Shown here piece by piece: positions 34,892 through 47,988 of a DNA stretch of 64,000 nucleotides (positions are counted from its first letter, which is position 1; each line of letters opens with the position of its first letter). Source of the stretch: Isurus oxyrinchus. Its lineage: Eukaryota. Under the pieces are notes generated by a model, which was given only the letters and a program-made list of their open reading frames with translations, had not been told where the DNA came from and did not search any database. The stretch spans positions 29,822,001 through 29,886,000 of the forward strand of contig JANJGN010000026.1 in NCBI GenBank assembly GCA_026770705.1, in the 5' to 3' direction. Both the position numbers and the translations under genes were made by a program.

Positions 34892-37800
34892 CCTCACTCG
34901 CTGCTCCTCCTGTTGCTGAAAGGCTCACATGACCTTCTACTGCAGAGATACAACAGCAATTTATTTATTATTATTCATGGGATGTGGGCGTCTCTGGCTG
35001 GACGAGCATTTATTGCCCATCTCTGATTGCCCCTCGTTCAAAGAATCAACTACATTGCTGTTCAGACCAGACCAGGTGAGGACACAGGCAAAAGGCCAGA
35101 AATGGATGAGCGACATGTTGGGAGGGCTGCAGGTGGGAGAAGGTTGCAGAGGTAGCGACAAGAGAACCCATCCAGTGATTTGATGACAAGGGGGCTAATT
35201 TTAAAATCCAGCCGTTGTTTGACCAAAAGTCAATGTTGGTCAGCGTTTTATCTTTAAGTATTCTTTTATTCATTCATGGGATGTGAACACATTAGAGAGA
35301 GAACGGAAGAGGTTAACCAGAATTGTCACAGGGATCAGAAACCACAGATATGACGGTAGATTGGAGAGATTGGAACTGTTCTCCTTGGAGAGGAGATTTG
35401 ATAGAGGTGTTCAAAATCATGAGGGGGCTGGACAGAATAGATTGGGAGAAACTGTTCCCACTCATAAAAAGGCGGAGGCTGAGAGAGCACAGATTTAAAG
35501 TGATTTGCAAAAGAAGCAAACGTGACCTGAGAAGGAAACGTTATTCACACAGCGAGTGGTTCAGGTGCAGGATGCCCTGACCTGGGAGTGTGGTTGAGGC
35601 AGGTTCAATCGAGGCAATCATGAGATGATTATTTGAATAGAAACAATGTGCAAGGGTACGGGAGCTGGGCGATGGATGGCAGGAGACAGGGCAATGTCTC
35701 TAAGTCATAATGCTCATTTGGATATGTCCTTTAAATCTGCATATTATTATTAGTATTATTATTATCAGACACGACGGGCCGAATGGCCTCCTTCTATGCC
35801 GTTATGATTCTGTGATGTGACCATGGCTGACAAGGCCAGGATTTGTTGCCTATCCATAATCGCCCTGAACTGAGTGGCTTGCGAGCACATTTCAGGAGGG
35901 CAGGTAAGAGTCAAGCACATTCCTGTGGGGCTGGAGTCCCATGAGGCCCGGTTAGGTAAGGATGGTAGATTTGCATCACTGAAGCAGATGGCTTTTGTTT
36001 GAATCAATCCATCCATCGCCACCTTTACTGGGACTAGTTTTCAACTCCTGATTTATTAATTGAATCAAACTTCACCAAACTGTCAGGGTGAGATTTGACC
36101 CCACGCCCACCAGCATCCGGTTAGGCCCTCTGGATTCCTATTTCAGTGACATGACCAGTACATCATATCTCTTGCTGGTGGAAGCCGTCTTGGTGGGACT
36201 GAAGGTATGGAATTTGGAAGAACTCAAGTTTCTGGAGTGAGTAAGGTTAGGGGAAAATAAATAATTGAAAAGTCGAAGCCAAAGACAACAATGACATGGA
36301 TGATCTTTTCACAAGCAGTTCAGGCTGCTAGGCAGATATAGTAGAGGATTATTCATCTTCTCATTCTGAAGATAAAGGACTGATGCAAAATTTACTATTT
36401 GTTTGTCTTCCCACTGGAATCATCGAGGATCTGAAAGACCTAAATGCACCAGGTGTTGCTTCCTGTCCCCTTTCCCGTTTGAAATATCATTTGACACGAT
36501 TTAATAGATACTTTCTTTTTACATGTGTCGCCCGGACTGACATGGAATCCACAGTTGAACTATGACAAAGCCTTTCTACACTGGACTGCAGCGACAGAGC
36601 AACCAGTTCCCTCAACTTCCACTTTACAAGCAACTGCATTAAATGTACAGCACCTTCAGACTAACAGGCCCATGCTGTTCTTTATGTTCAAAAGGAGACT
36701 TCTCAACCCTCTTCACCCAACCAATGAGCGTAAACTTCTACTCCGTTCTCCCTCGTGTACTCATTGAGTTTCCACTTAAAGAAAGGAGAGAGAAAGGAGG
36801 AGAAATCCGGAACTTGCAGGTTATTCAGCTTCACACCATCGGAGGGAAAGTCTTGAGGAAGTCTTCACAATGCACCAAAAGAAGCATGGGATAATCAAGC
36901 AACGTCAATGTGGTTTTAGGAAAGGGAAATCACGTTTGACAAATTGGTTGAAGCTGTTGGTGATGAAAACGGCAGGGTGGGTAAAGGGGAGCTTGTAGAC
37001 GTGGTATATTATGTAGTATAGTTAATATATTTCAGGAAGGATACGATTGCACTGGAGGGGTTTCAGAGGAGATTCACAAGGATGCTGCCTGTGCTGGAGG
37101 GTCTTAGGTAAGAGGAAAGATTTGATAGGCTGGGGTTGTTTTCCTTGGAGCAGTGAAGTTTGAGAAGGGACCTAATAGAGGTGTATAATATTATGAGGGA
37201 CATAGATATGATGGATAGAAAGGCACTTTTTTTCCATTAGTAGGGGATCAATAACCAGGGGACATAGATTTAACACGAAGAGGTAGAAGGCTTAGAGGTG
37301 AGTTGAGGAGAATGTTTTTCACCCAGAGGGTGATGGGAGTCTGGAGCTCATTGCCTGAAAGTGTGGTTGAGTCCCAGAAACTTTCGTAACATTTAAGAAG
37401 TGTTTAGATATTCACTTGCGCCGCACTAGCCTCCAGGACTATGGACCAAGTGCTCTTGGCTTTTATTTCCACGGGATGTGGGCGTCGCCGGCCAAAAGCA
37501 GCGTTCCTGGCACCTTCTCTATTCGCCACTTTTAAAAATGACCGGTGACCGAGGATAACTGGCCTGGGTTGATGTGGACGTGGCTCCTGGCTTTCTACAG
37601 TCAGCTGAACTACAAGTGGCATTCTGAGTATTTCGATCAGATATCTACAGTGGGAGTTTAAACACCCAACCACCTCACTTAGAGGCGATTCTTCAGCCAG
37701 TGAACGGGGGCAAAGACTTGAAGCCTGCAGCGTCATGTTAATTTAATTTACCGACCACTGAAATGTAGCAAATTGAAATTGGAAACGACATAGGTTCCAT

Positions 37801-39512
37801 TAACTGTTAAATCTAAAAAAGCTAGTTAATGTCTTAGCAGTTCAAAGAAAGTTGTTAAGGACTCCTCTATAATTTTATATAATAGCAGGCAAAGTATTTG
37901 TTTTATTCATTATCTCATAGGATGTGGGTGTCGCTGGCTGGGCCAACATTTATTGCCCATCCTTAAATACCCCCTTGAGAAGGTGATGGTGAGCTGCCTT
38001 CTTGAACTGCTGCTGTCCATGTGGTGTAGGTACATCCGCAGTGCTCTTTGGAAGGAGGTTCCAGGATTTTATCACAGCGTCAGTGAAGGAACAGTGATAT
38101 ATTTCCAGGATGGTGAGTGGCTCGGAGGGGAAATTCCAGGTGGTGATGTTCCCATGTATCTGCTGCCCTTGTCCTTCTAGGTTGTAGTGATCGGGGGTAT
38201 AGAAGGTGCTGTCGAAGGAGGCTTCAGAGGAACCTCTGCTGTTCATCTTGTAGATGGTACACAGTGGCCTGCTGCACCTCTGGCAGCTTTGAGCATTAAC
38301 CGGCCTCAGATATGGTCTCCTTGCCCCCTCATTGTCCGTGGCTAAGTGGATAGAACTCTCTTCTTTAAGTCTTTGTGGGTTCCCAGTTCCAATGCTCCCA
38401 GTGTTCACACGGAGGGCACCCTGCAGTGTCATTCATTCACTGCCATTTGGATGAAGCACAAAATCCTTCCTCCTCTCGGCTGAGCGTCAAATGCCTCATG
38501 GTTAGATTGAAAGGAGAGCTGGTGAGTTCTCTATCAAATGACGCTTGGGCCCATTTCGTTCATATGTAAGCCTGACAGAGGGAATTGTTTGAGTGTGGGG
38601 ACTGAAAGAGAGACAGACAGAAAGAGAGAGAGACATTGAGAAGCTGTGATAATCTCAGAACTTCAGTACCTGGAAGATTCCCTCCAAGCCACTCGCCATC
38701 CTGACTTGGAAATGTTTCACGGAGAAGAGAGAGAGCTTGTTTCACGCATTTCATACGTAACTCACCTCCTACCACACCAAAGCCTTCTGACCAGCTGCCT
38801 TTAACCCAATTAATTCACACGCACACAAGCGCACACACACAAACAAACACACACACACACACACACACCCACGCAGGCAAGATTATTTTGCATTAAATTC
38901 CAATAACTTTATGCGAATTATTATATCTTTCTGACAGGGCGAGAGGCTTCGACAAAAAAGTCTCTTTTATTCAGCAATGCTAAAAATTAAATCACAGGAG
39001 AGTTATGGGGAAAGTGACAGTGATATTATCCGAATGTTAGAGGATCAATCCATTTTTAAAAATTCTTTCAGGTGTTGTGGCATCACTGGCTCAGCCAAGA
39101 GTAATTGCCCATCCCTATTCGCCCCTGTTCAGAGGACAATTAGGAGCCAACACTCAACACTATTGCTGTGGGTCTGGTGTCACATGGAGGCCAGACCCAG
39201 TAAGGACGGAAGATTTCCTTCCCTAAAGGAGATTAGTGCACCAGATGGGTTTCTTATGGCAATCAATAATGGCGTTACTTAGACTTTCAATTGCGGATTA
39301 TTTTATTGAATTGAAACTCCACCACGAACCCTGGTGGCCAGAGGATTACTCTGGGTCTTAAGTTTACTGGCCCAGTTACAAAGGAACTATGTCATCGCCT
39401 CCACCGATCCTCTTCTGCATTGTGTAAGACCATGAGGCAATGAGTTGCTGTGAGGAATGGATTCATTGGTGTTTCACGATGGCGGAAGCTGTTGCATTTT
39501 CTCTTGTTTCAG

Positions 39513-39670
39513 TTTTTTTGTACAGACCTGAGTCTGATCCCTCTCACTGCGTAGCTGTGTGTAATAATAAGTCGTGTGGTCTTTCACAGTCAAACTCCTG
39601 ATTTCCAAAGTGAAGAAATGTTTTGGCAAGTCCCTGGAAGCTGTAAGTCGCTCCCTCGCCTCCTGGTGCA
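39513..39670 (-). pseudogene. IgH-type V pseudogene 3' fragment with degenerate 23-RSS
   Basis: ERLTASRDLPKHFFTLEIRSLTVKDHTTYYYTQL resembles shark VH FR3 ([32 protein letters not shown]); RSS CGCAGTG-23-ACAAAAAAA; second Cys lost. Confidence 0.75.
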
Positions 39671-39989
39671 CTCAGCCGCCCATCGATTGCAAACAGATGG
39701 CGTCATCGCTTGTAACAAGGCAGACAGAGCGTGTGCAAAGTGAACTCATTCAAACATCGGGCGGGCTCGACAAGGTAGACACTGAGAGGTTTTATTTATT
39801 ATTATTATGCCCCCCCCCCCACCCCCACACACATCCCACACCCTTGACTCGGGTATCCTGAATGCAGGGTTAACGCCTGGGGCAATACTGGGTCATTTTG
39901 GATTTGGATTCTGCTGAGGGGCCATTCCTTCATTCAGATTGTGGTGAGACTTTGAAACTGGTGAGCTTAGACACTCCTGCAAGTTCCAC

Positions 39990-40420
39990 TGCTGATCATA
40001 TCTTTCACTTTCTGTCTCTCTCTCGTTCCTGTTTCTGTCTCCCTCTTCCTCTCTTACTCATGGTGTCTGTCCCTACATCTTTCACTTTCTCTCTCTCTCT
40101 CATTCCTGTCTCTGTCTCCCTCTTCCTCTCTTACTCATGGTGTCTGTCCCTATATCTTTCATTCTCTCTCTCTCTCTCTTCTTGTCTCTGTCTCTCTTCC
40201 TCTCTTACTCATGGTGTTTGGCCGTATATCTTTCACTTTCTCTCTCTCTGTGTCTCTCTGCCTCTGTCTCTCATGTTTGTCTCTGTCTCCCTTCCTCTCT
40301 GTCCCTATATCTTGTATTTCTCTCTCTTTCTCTCTTTCTCTGTCTCATGTTTGCCTCTGTATCTTCCTCTCTTAACTCACGATGCCTGTCCCTGTATCTT
40401 TCTCGCTCTTTTGCTCTTTG
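39990..40420. repeat. CT-rich degenerate minisatellite
   Basis: Repeated unit CTCTTCCTCTCTTACTCATGGTGTCTGTCCC..ATCTTTCACTTTCTCTCTC. Confidence 0.7.
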
Positions 40421-40470
40421 TCTCCAGTTTCACTCCTGTTGAGTTAGAGCACTGTCTGTCCTGCCAGCTG

Positions 40471-40807
40471 TTTTCTTGCTACAGGAGCTGGTATGTGTGG
40501 AGCACTGTGTCAGACGAGGCGCAATAGTAGATGGCCCCGTCCTGAAACTCAGTGCTGATGAGCTGCAAGGCCAACAGGTTCTGATCCCGGTACAGTGACC
40601 CTCTGAACTTCTCCTCGAGGCCGTCCCTGTAATGATCTCCGGCGCTGTAAACCCATTCAGGTGTCTGCACCTCTCTCTGCCGGTACCAGTGAAATGTGTG
40701 TGGACTCGTATTGCCGAGCAGTTTGCAGAGCAGGACAGCTCTTCCGTCTTCCCTTGGCTACTCCCTGGCTGGCGTCTGCTTCAGCCAGATTTGGGATTGG
40801 GAGCATC
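40471..40807 (-). pseudogene. Antigen-receptor V segment (family unresolved) with one in-frame stop and a 23-RSS
   Basis: GCSQSQIWLKQTPARE*PREDGRAVLLCKLLGNTSPHTFHWYRQREVQTPEWVYSAGDHYRDGLEEKFRGSLYRDQNLLALQLISTEFQDGAIYYCASS; acceptor CAG at 40810-40808; CACAGTG(40509-40503)-23-GCAAGAAAA. Confidence 0.85.
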
Positions 40808-40959
40808 CTGTGCTAAGGTGACCAATCAGGACAAAGGGTGTGAGAAGTGGAAGGGGTGAAGAGGTTCCCAGTAGCGAGTCATCTAAACTCAGTGGTTGAG
40901 TTTAACACTAACTGGTGCTCCCAGTCACATTGGAATAGGCTGTCCCACTCCTGTCAGTA

Positions 40960-41555
40960 GAGTACAAAAATAGGGAAGTCTTGCTAAAACTGTAGAAGGC
41001 ACTAGTTAGACCAGACCTGGAACAGCAGGAACACTTTTGATCCCTTTATCAAAGTAAAGATGCACTGGCATTGGAGGCAGTCCTGAGAAGGTTCACTCGG
41101 TTGATCCCTGGTATGGAGAGATTTTCTTATGAGGAAAGGTTGAGTAGGTTGGGCCTGGGCTCATTGGAGTTCAGAAGAATGAGAGGCGACCTTATTGAAA
41201 CATAAAGGATTCTTAGGGTGCTTGACAGGGTATATGCTGAGATGTTCTTTCCCCTTGTGGGAGAGTCTAGGACCAGAAGACGTAATCTCAGAGTAAGGGG
41301 GTCACTCACTTAAAACAGAGATGAGGAGGAATTTCTTCTCTCAGAGGGTAGTCAGTCTGTGGAATTCTTTACCACAGAAGGCTGTCGAGGCTGGGCCATT
41401 AAGGCTGAGATAGGCAAATTTTTAATCAGTAAGGGAATCAAGGGTTATGGGGAAAAGGCAGGAAAGTGAGTTGAGGATTGTCAGATCGACCACGATCTCG
41501 TTGAATGGCGGGGCAGAGACGATGGGCCGAATGGCCTACATCTGCTCCAACGTCT
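40960..41555 (+). mobile_element. CR1-type LINE 3' fragment
   Basis: RRFTRLIPGM..YEERLSRLGL..RRMRGDLIET motifs with 3' tail. Confidence 0.75.
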
Positions 41556-41880
41556 CTCATGGTCTAATCACTGACCAGGGCAGGCATTTGTTACCCATCA
41601 TTAATTGCCCTTGAACTGAATGGCTGTGCTTTTTCACTTCAGGGCGGGCAGTTAAGAGGCAATCGCATCGACTGTGTGGGGTCTGGAGTAACATGTAGGC
41701 CAGGCCGGGTAAGGGCGACAGATGTCCTTCTCCAAAGGTGGCATTAGGGAAACAGATGGGCTTTGGAGACAATCGGCCATCGTTGTAGAAGTTTCATTGT
41801 CACTTCAATTCCAATTAAATTCCAATTGTCTCTGTCCATCTACCACATCTCTATTTCGTCTCTTAATGTACCTGTCTGTC

Positions 41881-42001
41881 TAAAAACAAAAAAAAAACTG
41901 CGGATGCTGGAAATCCAAAACAAAAACAGAATTACCTGGAAAAACTCAGCAGGTCTGGCAGCATCGGCGGAGAAGAAAAGAGTTGACGTTTCGAGTCCTC
42001 A
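41881..42001 (-). mobile_element. Penelope terminal sequence running into an assembly gap
   Basis: Near-identical to 12036-12152. Confidence 0.8.
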
Positions 42002-42275
42002 NNNNNNNNNNNNNNNNNNNNNNNNNNNNNNNNNNNNNNNNNNNNNNNNNNNNNNNNNNNNNNNNNNNNNNNNNNNNNNNNNNNNNNNNNNNNNNNNNNN
42101 NNNNNNNNNNNNNNNNNNNNNNNNNNNNNNNNNNNNNNNNNNNNNNNNNNTCTATCTGTCTGCATGTCTCTCCACAACTAGATGACATGCTTCTCCGTCA
42201 GCCCACACACTGACAGTGTGACACTGAAGCCGCAATGCCGGGACCCCCAGTCTCTCACGGCCTGGAAGCAGCCAC

Positions 42276-42629
42276 AGTTAATGTGTTGGCAGTTGCCCTC
42301 AGGGCTCCAGTGTGTGTCTTTGCGCAGGTAAGACGCAGAAATATTGTCTGTGATCCTCAGCTGTCACCTGTGAAACCATTAAGTTGACAACTCTGTAGGT
42401 TCGGATCAGAGACGAGGTGAAGCGGTGTGTGGTGAATGCAGTGCTGTCGCTGAAGCCATTGGTTCAGCGGGTAAGAATGTACTGGGAGTCCCAGGGCAAG
42501 GCATCCCGGTACCAGAATAGGCAGGCCCTCTCCATCTCTTTTAGGGGCAGCTCATTGTCACCATACCTCCCTGCTGAACGGTTACGTCTGCCTCCGGCTG
42601 CTCAGAGAGTGAGGATTCAGCGACACTGC
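42276..42629 (-). pseudogene. TCR alpha/delta-type V pseudogene with 23-RSS
   Basis: GSVAESSLSEQPEADVTVQQGGMVTMSCP* / frameshift / LFWYRDALPWDSQYILTR*TNGFSDSTAFTTHRFTSSLIRTYRVVNLMVSQVTAEDHRQYFCVL; CACACTG(42314-42308)-23-ACATTAACT. Confidence 0.8.
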
Positions 42630-44012
42630 CTGAGGGACAGGGAAGAAAGCATTTAGTTGAGGCTCAGATACTGTGAATGGTAAAATAGAGGTAGCCATGG
42701 GGCACTGGTCATGTCAGCAAATGAGTAACTCGAGCAGTCCAAGTTCATGCTGCGGGGACGTGGGTATGAAATCCAATTTATTTCAAATTAAATTAAATTC
42801 ATCAACCTTGAATATAAAGCTAAGGGTGACCCATGATAACGATCAGCAACTATTATTGAAATAAAAACACCATCTGGTTCACTCAGGTCCTTTGTGGGAG
42901 TGAAGGAAATCTACCATATTTGCCCAGTCTGGCCTAATATGTGTCTCCAGGCTCACAGCAATGTTGTTGACTCTTCGCGCCCCTCCCAAATGATCTAGCA
43001 AGCCATTCAGGACAAAAGGGGTAATTAGAGATGGGCAATAAATGCTGCTCTTCACACTCACACTCACATTGCAGGAAAGGATCAGGGCTAAATGTCAACA
43101 GACAATCGCCCACTGAATCAATGGGCCGTTGACATTTGTTTGTCATTGTTTATTGGCGGTGGGTAAGGCTGGCATTTATTATTGGTTCCCAGTTCCTCCT
43201 CTGGCCAGCGGTGCCCTTCAGCTGCTGCAGCCCCGTGTGGCCCAGGCACCTCCCTCCCCCAACGTGCAAGCACGGAGGGAGTTCCAGGATTCAGATCCGG
43301 CGATAGCATGGGGGACACATGCCCCAACCTGGATGATGTGCATCTCTGGGGTGGTGGAATTGGAGATGGTGGCGCTCCCATGCATTCTCTGTCCTTACCC
43401 TCCCAGGTGATGGAGGTCAGACCTAGGAGAGGCTGCCGAAGGAGCCTTGGCGGATTGTCAGATTTTATTGTGGGAACAGGAAACACTGCAGCCTCCGGTG
43501 AGCGCACTGGTTGTTTAACATCTGCGCCTCAGCCAGAAATAGGAGGAGTGGGAGTTGACCATAGGGTCACTAGAGCCTCCTCTGTCATTGATCCAGGTCA
43601 TGGCTAATCTGACTGAATCTCATCACCACTTTCCTCCCTGCTCCCGGGACTCACAATTTCCATATCAGTCACCAATCAGTCTAACTCCCCTTTGGTTATA
43701 TTCAATGACTCCCTCTGCACAACTTTCGGGTGTAGAGGACTCTGAAGATGCACCCAGATCAAATCAAAATGCTGCAGATGCTGGAAACAGAAAAGGCTGC
43801 AGTCACTAGGCAGGTGTGGCAGCATCTGTGGAGAGAGAGAGAGAGAGAGAAACAGATTTCACTTTTTGGGATCTTTTACAAATCCAATAATTAAATCAAC
43901 TCCACCTCTATGTAATATTAGTGTTTCTGTTTCCAGTCAATCCAATAATCCAAAGGGAAGTGTAGAAGGATTCCTTGGAAGTTAATCGGTGAGAATCTGA
44001 AGTGTAAATCAC

Positions 44013-44064
44013 CTGAGAAGATCGCAGTTAGACTGAAGAGGATGAATCCTATTCGGATATCCAT
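44013..44064 (-). other. Signal-peptide (leader) exon with promoter; partner V exon uncertain
   Basis: MDIRIGFILFSLTAIFS plus phase-1 donor G|GTGATT; TATAAA at 44126-44121, with CCAAT and ETS-like CCGGAAG motifs just upstream. Confidence 0.6.
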
Positions 44065-44947
44065 CTGCACCTTCTCTATATGCAAAAGGTACAACAGCGA
44101 ATTAAACAAGGGCTCCCCTCTTTATACTGAGGACCAGGGCAGAACCGGAAGCGCAATGATTGGACTTCCAGCCCAACCAGGAACTTTTAAATCAAAGTTT
44201 TGTTATAGACTTAACTCAGTAAGCGTGTTGTCAGTCTTCGGAACATCATTAGCTCTCTGAACTAAAGGGAACAACGACAGGGACAATTCTGATCGCCCCC
44301 GCCAGGTGGCGGCAAACCCTCAGGAACTGCTGCGATTGTACATGTGGGAACTTTTTAATCAGGTTCACATAATTATTGCCACCTTCTCCACTTGGCGTAC
44401 TTCTGTTTTCACTGCAGGCTGATACTCCACAGCAATTATTTCTTGTCCTCTTGTCTCTGAAGCAGCGCTAAACTGGTGGGACTGGTTGCAAGAAAGGGGC
44501 TGGAGATTGTTCTGGGGAAATGGGAACTGGCGAGGAGCCAGTTCAGCCCCCACAACGTTAATGGAATCATCAGAGGGAGGATCAGCATTCAAAGGGAACG
44601 ATTTCAGATGCCCCTTAGGTGGATTGTGCTTGTTTTATTTTGCCCAGCCAGGACTGTACTCACCTGTCAGTGTCTGAACTTTTTTTTTATTTGTGAAAAA
44701 TATACTTCATTCATAAAATATATCTGAAAGAACATTGCAAAACATTTCTGAATGGCCATCAGAAAAAGTGCAATCAGGTTCAACTTTTACACAAAGGTGC
44801 TTCAATACAAACAATGAATATGACAGTCATTTCCACATGGTCATTACAGATAGTCAGACAGAGCAATGGGATTGCAGTTATCAGTGCCTGGCCCGCTGTG
44901 ATAAACAGCCTTCAGCAGACAGCAGCTGTGAGCCAGGAAGCTGCAGC

Positions 44948-45104
44948 AGTTACTGCTCGAGGCTGTCACTCGGTTCCCGTCACTGTGAGACTCAGAATAA
45001 GTAATAACCATCGCCGGTATAGGTGCAGGTTAGAGTGACATCTTCTCCCTCTGTCTGTATGAGTGAGGATTCCAGCTGAGTAACAGAATCTCCATCGCTC
45101 AGAC
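44948..45104 (-). pseudogene. TCR alpha/delta V pseudogene with internal FR2-FR3 deletion and retained RSS
   Basis: Acceptor TTCCAG, then GLSDGDSVTQLESSLIQTEGEDVTLTCTYTGDGYYLF*, then directly CACAGTG(44987-44981) with a 23/24-bp spacer and GCAGTAACT. Confidence 0.8.
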
Positions 45105-45200
45105 CTGGAACACACGTTTAAAGAAAGAGAGAATCAGCGATTAAAACTGCAACTGGACTCAACTGGCAGCATTGGGTCAAGAGAACAGGTTATTGGGCAC

Positions 45201-45446
45201 AATTGGTGTCTTTGGGTGTTTACAATCGCCAGGAGCATCTTCCATCACTCTTTATTCACTCCACCAAAATACCCTTCCCTTCATTCCCCCATCATCTGTC
45301 CAATTATATCAGAGACACTATTCAACTGGTGTCTGTGGGTGTTTACAGTAGCCAGGAGCACCTCCCATCACTCTTCCTTCACTCTCCCAACATAGCCTCC
45401 TCTACATTCCCCCATCACATGTCCAATTATATCACGGACACTGTTC
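45201..45446. repeat. Tandem duplication, 2 x ~123 bp
   Basis: Two diverged copies of TGGTGTC..GGGTGTTTACA..GCCAGGAGCA..GTCCAATTATATCA. Confidence 0.75.
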
Positions 45447-47924
45447 ACCCGAAATCCTCTTTGCGAACGTGACTTCAACATTCTAAACATTCCCTGGGGA
45501 GAACCCTCTCCTGAATTCCCCATTGGATATTTTTTTTACCACTCTTGTATTTGTGCCCCGTAGCTTTATAACCCATGACATGTGGAAAGATTTTCCATTT
45601 CAACCCTATCAAATCCCTTCATCCATATATAGATCTCTTTTAGCTTGTCCCTCAGTCCTGACTTATCTGGGAAGAGTAACCCCACCTTCTCCAATTATTT
45701 CTTATCAATGTTGCCCCTCAATTTTGGTATCATCCTGGTAAATGATTTCCCACCAATTTCTCTTGGTTTTTTGTCCGCTTTTGTTAACACTGCAAAAGTG
45801 GTCCAACAGCGGGTCGGTCAAAGGTTATCATCAACTCTCACGTTTTCACATTGATTCATGCAGAAATTAAGATTAATTTTATAAATGTTTCATCTTCTTA
45901 TTCACAATGAATTTTCCCCAGACCACAGCTACAGTGCTGCTGCTGCAGAATCCCAGGGACTTCTCTGTGTCTCAGAGAGCTTCGGAATATCCAGTCAGAA
46001 ACGCTGACGCCATCTACCTATAGGAAAGGGCTGGGATTGGTCTGATGTCACATCCTGCGGGACATCCAACATAAAGAACTCAAAGGATGGGCGGATGTCA
46101 CTTGTATGGGATTAATTTACAGAATCTAACCATAAAGGCCATGCCCGACTGATCAGAGCCAAATAAAATATACACACAAGGCACCCGGAGCTCTAACTGA
46201 TCTGAGAGACAGCTTGATTTGTAATTGAACCGAGAGACAGTTTGAACTTTAGCAGATCTGAGAGAGTTTGATCACGAATTCAGCAGAGAGGCTGCTTGAT
46301 ATTCAATGGATCTCTGTTTGTATATATCTGCCGGCGTAGAGGTGTTTCTGTGAGTCCGTTTGTGGCTGTGCATGTGTGTGCTTGAGTGCTTGAGAGTAGA
46401 GGCAAAACAGACCTCATTGATTCTGATCAATACCAATAAGTCCCTGAAAAGCAGATCAGCCACGATCTTATTAAATGACTGAGCAGGTTCGATGGGCTAC
46501 TCCTGCTCCTTGTTCGTTTGGTCGCATGACCTGACAGATAATTCCCCGCACTGAAGAGCGCCAGGCTCAAGAATTATCATTGGGAACCAGCTCACGTCAC
46601 ACCTCATCATTATCTCACATCTCAATAAGTATTTCTTTCAGGGTATGAACTCCGTTCTCCCCTGAGTGCTGCCACACAGACAACATGGTTGCCTGGATGA
46701 GTGCAGCTCCAAAAACACTCGAGAAGACTGACAATATCCAGGACAAAGCAACCTGCTTGATTGGCACCACATCCACAAACATTCACTGCCTCCACCACTG
46801 ACGCACAGTAGCAGCAGTGTGTATCATCTACAAGATGCACGGCAGGAATTCACCAAGGATCCTTCGACAGCACCATCCAAACCCATGACCACTACCATCT
46901 AGAAGGACAAGGGCAGCAGATAGATGGGAACACCGCCAACTGGAAGTTCCCCTCCAAGCCACTCACCATTCTGACTTGGAAATACATCGCCGTTCCTTCA
47001 CTGTCACTAGGTTAAAGTCCTGGAACTCCCTCCCTAACAGCACTGTGGGTGTACACACGCACACCTTTAGCAATCTACCCTCTGCTGGACACTCAGAAGC
47101 TCACACACAGACAAACACACCTATTTAGCAATCTTCACTCCGCTGGACATTGCCAGAATCACACACATATTTAGCAATCTTCACTCTGCTGGACACTCAT
47201 AGAATACTCCTGCAAAAATAATTCATTCAATTATCCATTCTTCAACAAGCGACGTGGATTATTTGGGCATAAATGGTTGAATGTACCTGACAGCCTGAGA
47301 AAATGCTGCTAAAACATCCAGTATCATCAGCTTCATAACAGCAGCATAGAATCCAAAAGAAAGTAAGTGCTACTGATCCCCTGGAAAGCACTGGTTCCCT
47401 CTCAACTGGAGCGTTCTGTCCACTTCCGTGCGTCGCACATGAGGAAGGATGTGAATGGCTTAGAAAGGGCGCAAAGAAGTTCATCAGAATCGTCCCAGTG
47501 ATGCAGAACTTCAGTTAATTGGATAGAGTGGGGAAACTGGGCTTGTTCTTCATGGAGAATGGAAGGTTCAAGGTAGATCTGATAGAGGTGTTCAAAATCA
47601 TGTGGGTCTGAGCCGAGTAGATCAAAATAAACTGTTTGTATTGGTTGAACGGGAGAGAGGAAGAACAGGAGGTTGGGCTTAGGTTCGCTTCCTTGGTGAA
47701 TGGGCTGTGGAAGGCAGTGGCTCCAACAATTCACTGCGGCTGGGAAAGCTCCCTATCTGTGGCACAGGGTGTGCGAGCGTCACTCTGCGAGAATTGTCCG
47801 CACATTCGCGGCTGTACAGATCCATCGCTTAAGCCCATTAAGGCCGAATGTTTATTTTGAAATCATTTTTCGTATAAACTGAGTCTTACCTGCATACACG
47901 CCAGATATGCACAGCCTGCTCTAT

Positions 47925-47928
<4 letters not shown>

Positions 47929-47987
<59 letters not shown>

Positions 47988-47988
47988 A
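47929..47988. repeat. (CA)n microsatellite
   Basis: Long, nearly pure CA run. Confidence 0.95.
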
